Source of the DNA: a bacterium | Lineage (GTDB): Bacteria > Desulfobacterota > S145-22 | DNA: 36,335 bases | Direction: 5' to 3' | Assembly (NCBI GenBank): GCA_029934085.1 | Contig: JAOZMY010000003.1 | Location: 1 to 36,335 of the forward strand | In this document: piece by piece, positions 35,825 through 36,335 of the stretch | How the letters are laid out: each line of letters opens with the position of its first letter | Position numbering within the stretch: position 1 is the stretch's first letter | The notes under the pieces: generated by a model | Database searches by the model: none | What the model was told of the DNA's origin: nothing | The model's input: the letters and a program-made list of their open reading frames with translations, nothing else | Program-made: the position numbers and the translations under genes

Positions 35825-36335
35825 ATGTCTTTCCAGCCATTGGAGAAAAAGAGGTATTCTGAGCAGGTCGCACACGAGATAGAATCAAAAATCCTTAATA
35901 ATGAGCTGAGGTTAGGGGAACGTCTCCTTTCAGAGGTTGACCTGGCAAAGGAATTTCGTGTCAGCCGGACCGTCATTCGAGAGGCCCTGCGCCTGCTGGA
36001 AGGGCGAGGCTTCGTCAAGATAAAACGGGGGCCCAAGGGGGGCATCTTCGCAAACGACGGTTTCCACAAACCCATGAGTGAGGCGCTTGGGCGCCTGGTT
36101 GATTCTGGGAAGGTTTCTGCAGAGGATATTTTTGAGATTCGCCTCCTTATCGAGCCCTATGTGGCGGCGGAGGCGGCCAGACGTGCCACAAAAGAGGACA
36201 TTGAAGAACTCCAAGCCCTCATCAATCTTTGCAAAGATCATATGGAGGACAGCGAGTATCTCCAGAGGGTTCGAGGGAAATTCCATGTCCAACTCGCCCA
36301 GGCCACGGGAAACCCCGTGTTGCTCATCATGATGA
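35825..36335 (+). CDS. GntR/FadR-family transcriptional regulator (wHTH + FCD), truncated by the window edge; not in the ORF track
   Basis: Hand translation MSFQPLEKKRYSEQVAHEIESKILNNELRLGERLLSEVDLAKEFRVSRTVIREALRLLEGRGFVKIKRGPKGGIF...EIRLLIEP...FHVQLAQATGNPVL; GGGAG SD. Confidence 0.93.
   Translation, partial: MSFQPLEKKRYSEQVAHEIESKILNNELRLGERLLSEVDLAKEFRVSRTVIREALRLLEGRGFVKIKRGPKGGIFANDGFHKPMSEALGRLVDSGKVSAEDIFEIRLLIEPYVAAEAARRATKEDIEELQALINLCKDHMEDSEYLQRVRGKFHVQLAQATGNPVLLIMM

Noticed and set aside
34440-35888. 482-aa minus-strand ORF antisense to the dehalogenase
   Set aside because: No recognisable motifs. It is a shadow of a well-supported plus-strand gene, and long antisense ORFs are common at this GC content.

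Overview
Core-plus-accessory chromosomal segment, most likely from an anaerobic Desulfobacterota/'deltaproteobacterial' genome. This assignment is inferred from gene content (korDABC, TRAP, RdhA-family protein, CckA-type kinases). The left 20 kb is mostly housekeeping on the minus strand: slt-pgsA-rarA, korDABC, and dprA-topA-rpmH-rnpA-yidD-yidC-jag-mnmE-radical SAM. It also has two plus-strand sensor kinases and a rhomboid protease. A perfect parS palindrome sits on the start codon of the B12/radical SAM gene, and dnaA and mnmG are not at their usual flanking positions. The right 16 kb is accessory: an AT-rich OmpA + Cys-rich secreted protein islet, a DUF3311/Na+:solute symporter/M20 amidohydrolase cluster, a DUF1080-like protein with an Fe(III)-type ABC transporter lacking an ATPase, and rlmI-nagZ. 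It ends with a TRAP (dctPQM) operon whose last gene is a reductive dehalogenase-family protein with N-terminal TM helices (no Tat signal, no rdhB), followed by a FadR/GntR regulator. This TRAP-RdhA-GntR module is the best candidate for an undescribed system: import plus cytoplasm-side reductive dehalogenation of a halogenated organic acid. rpmH and the GntR gene were missing from the ORF track and were translated by hand. No tRNA, rRNA, CRISPR array or transposase was recognised.
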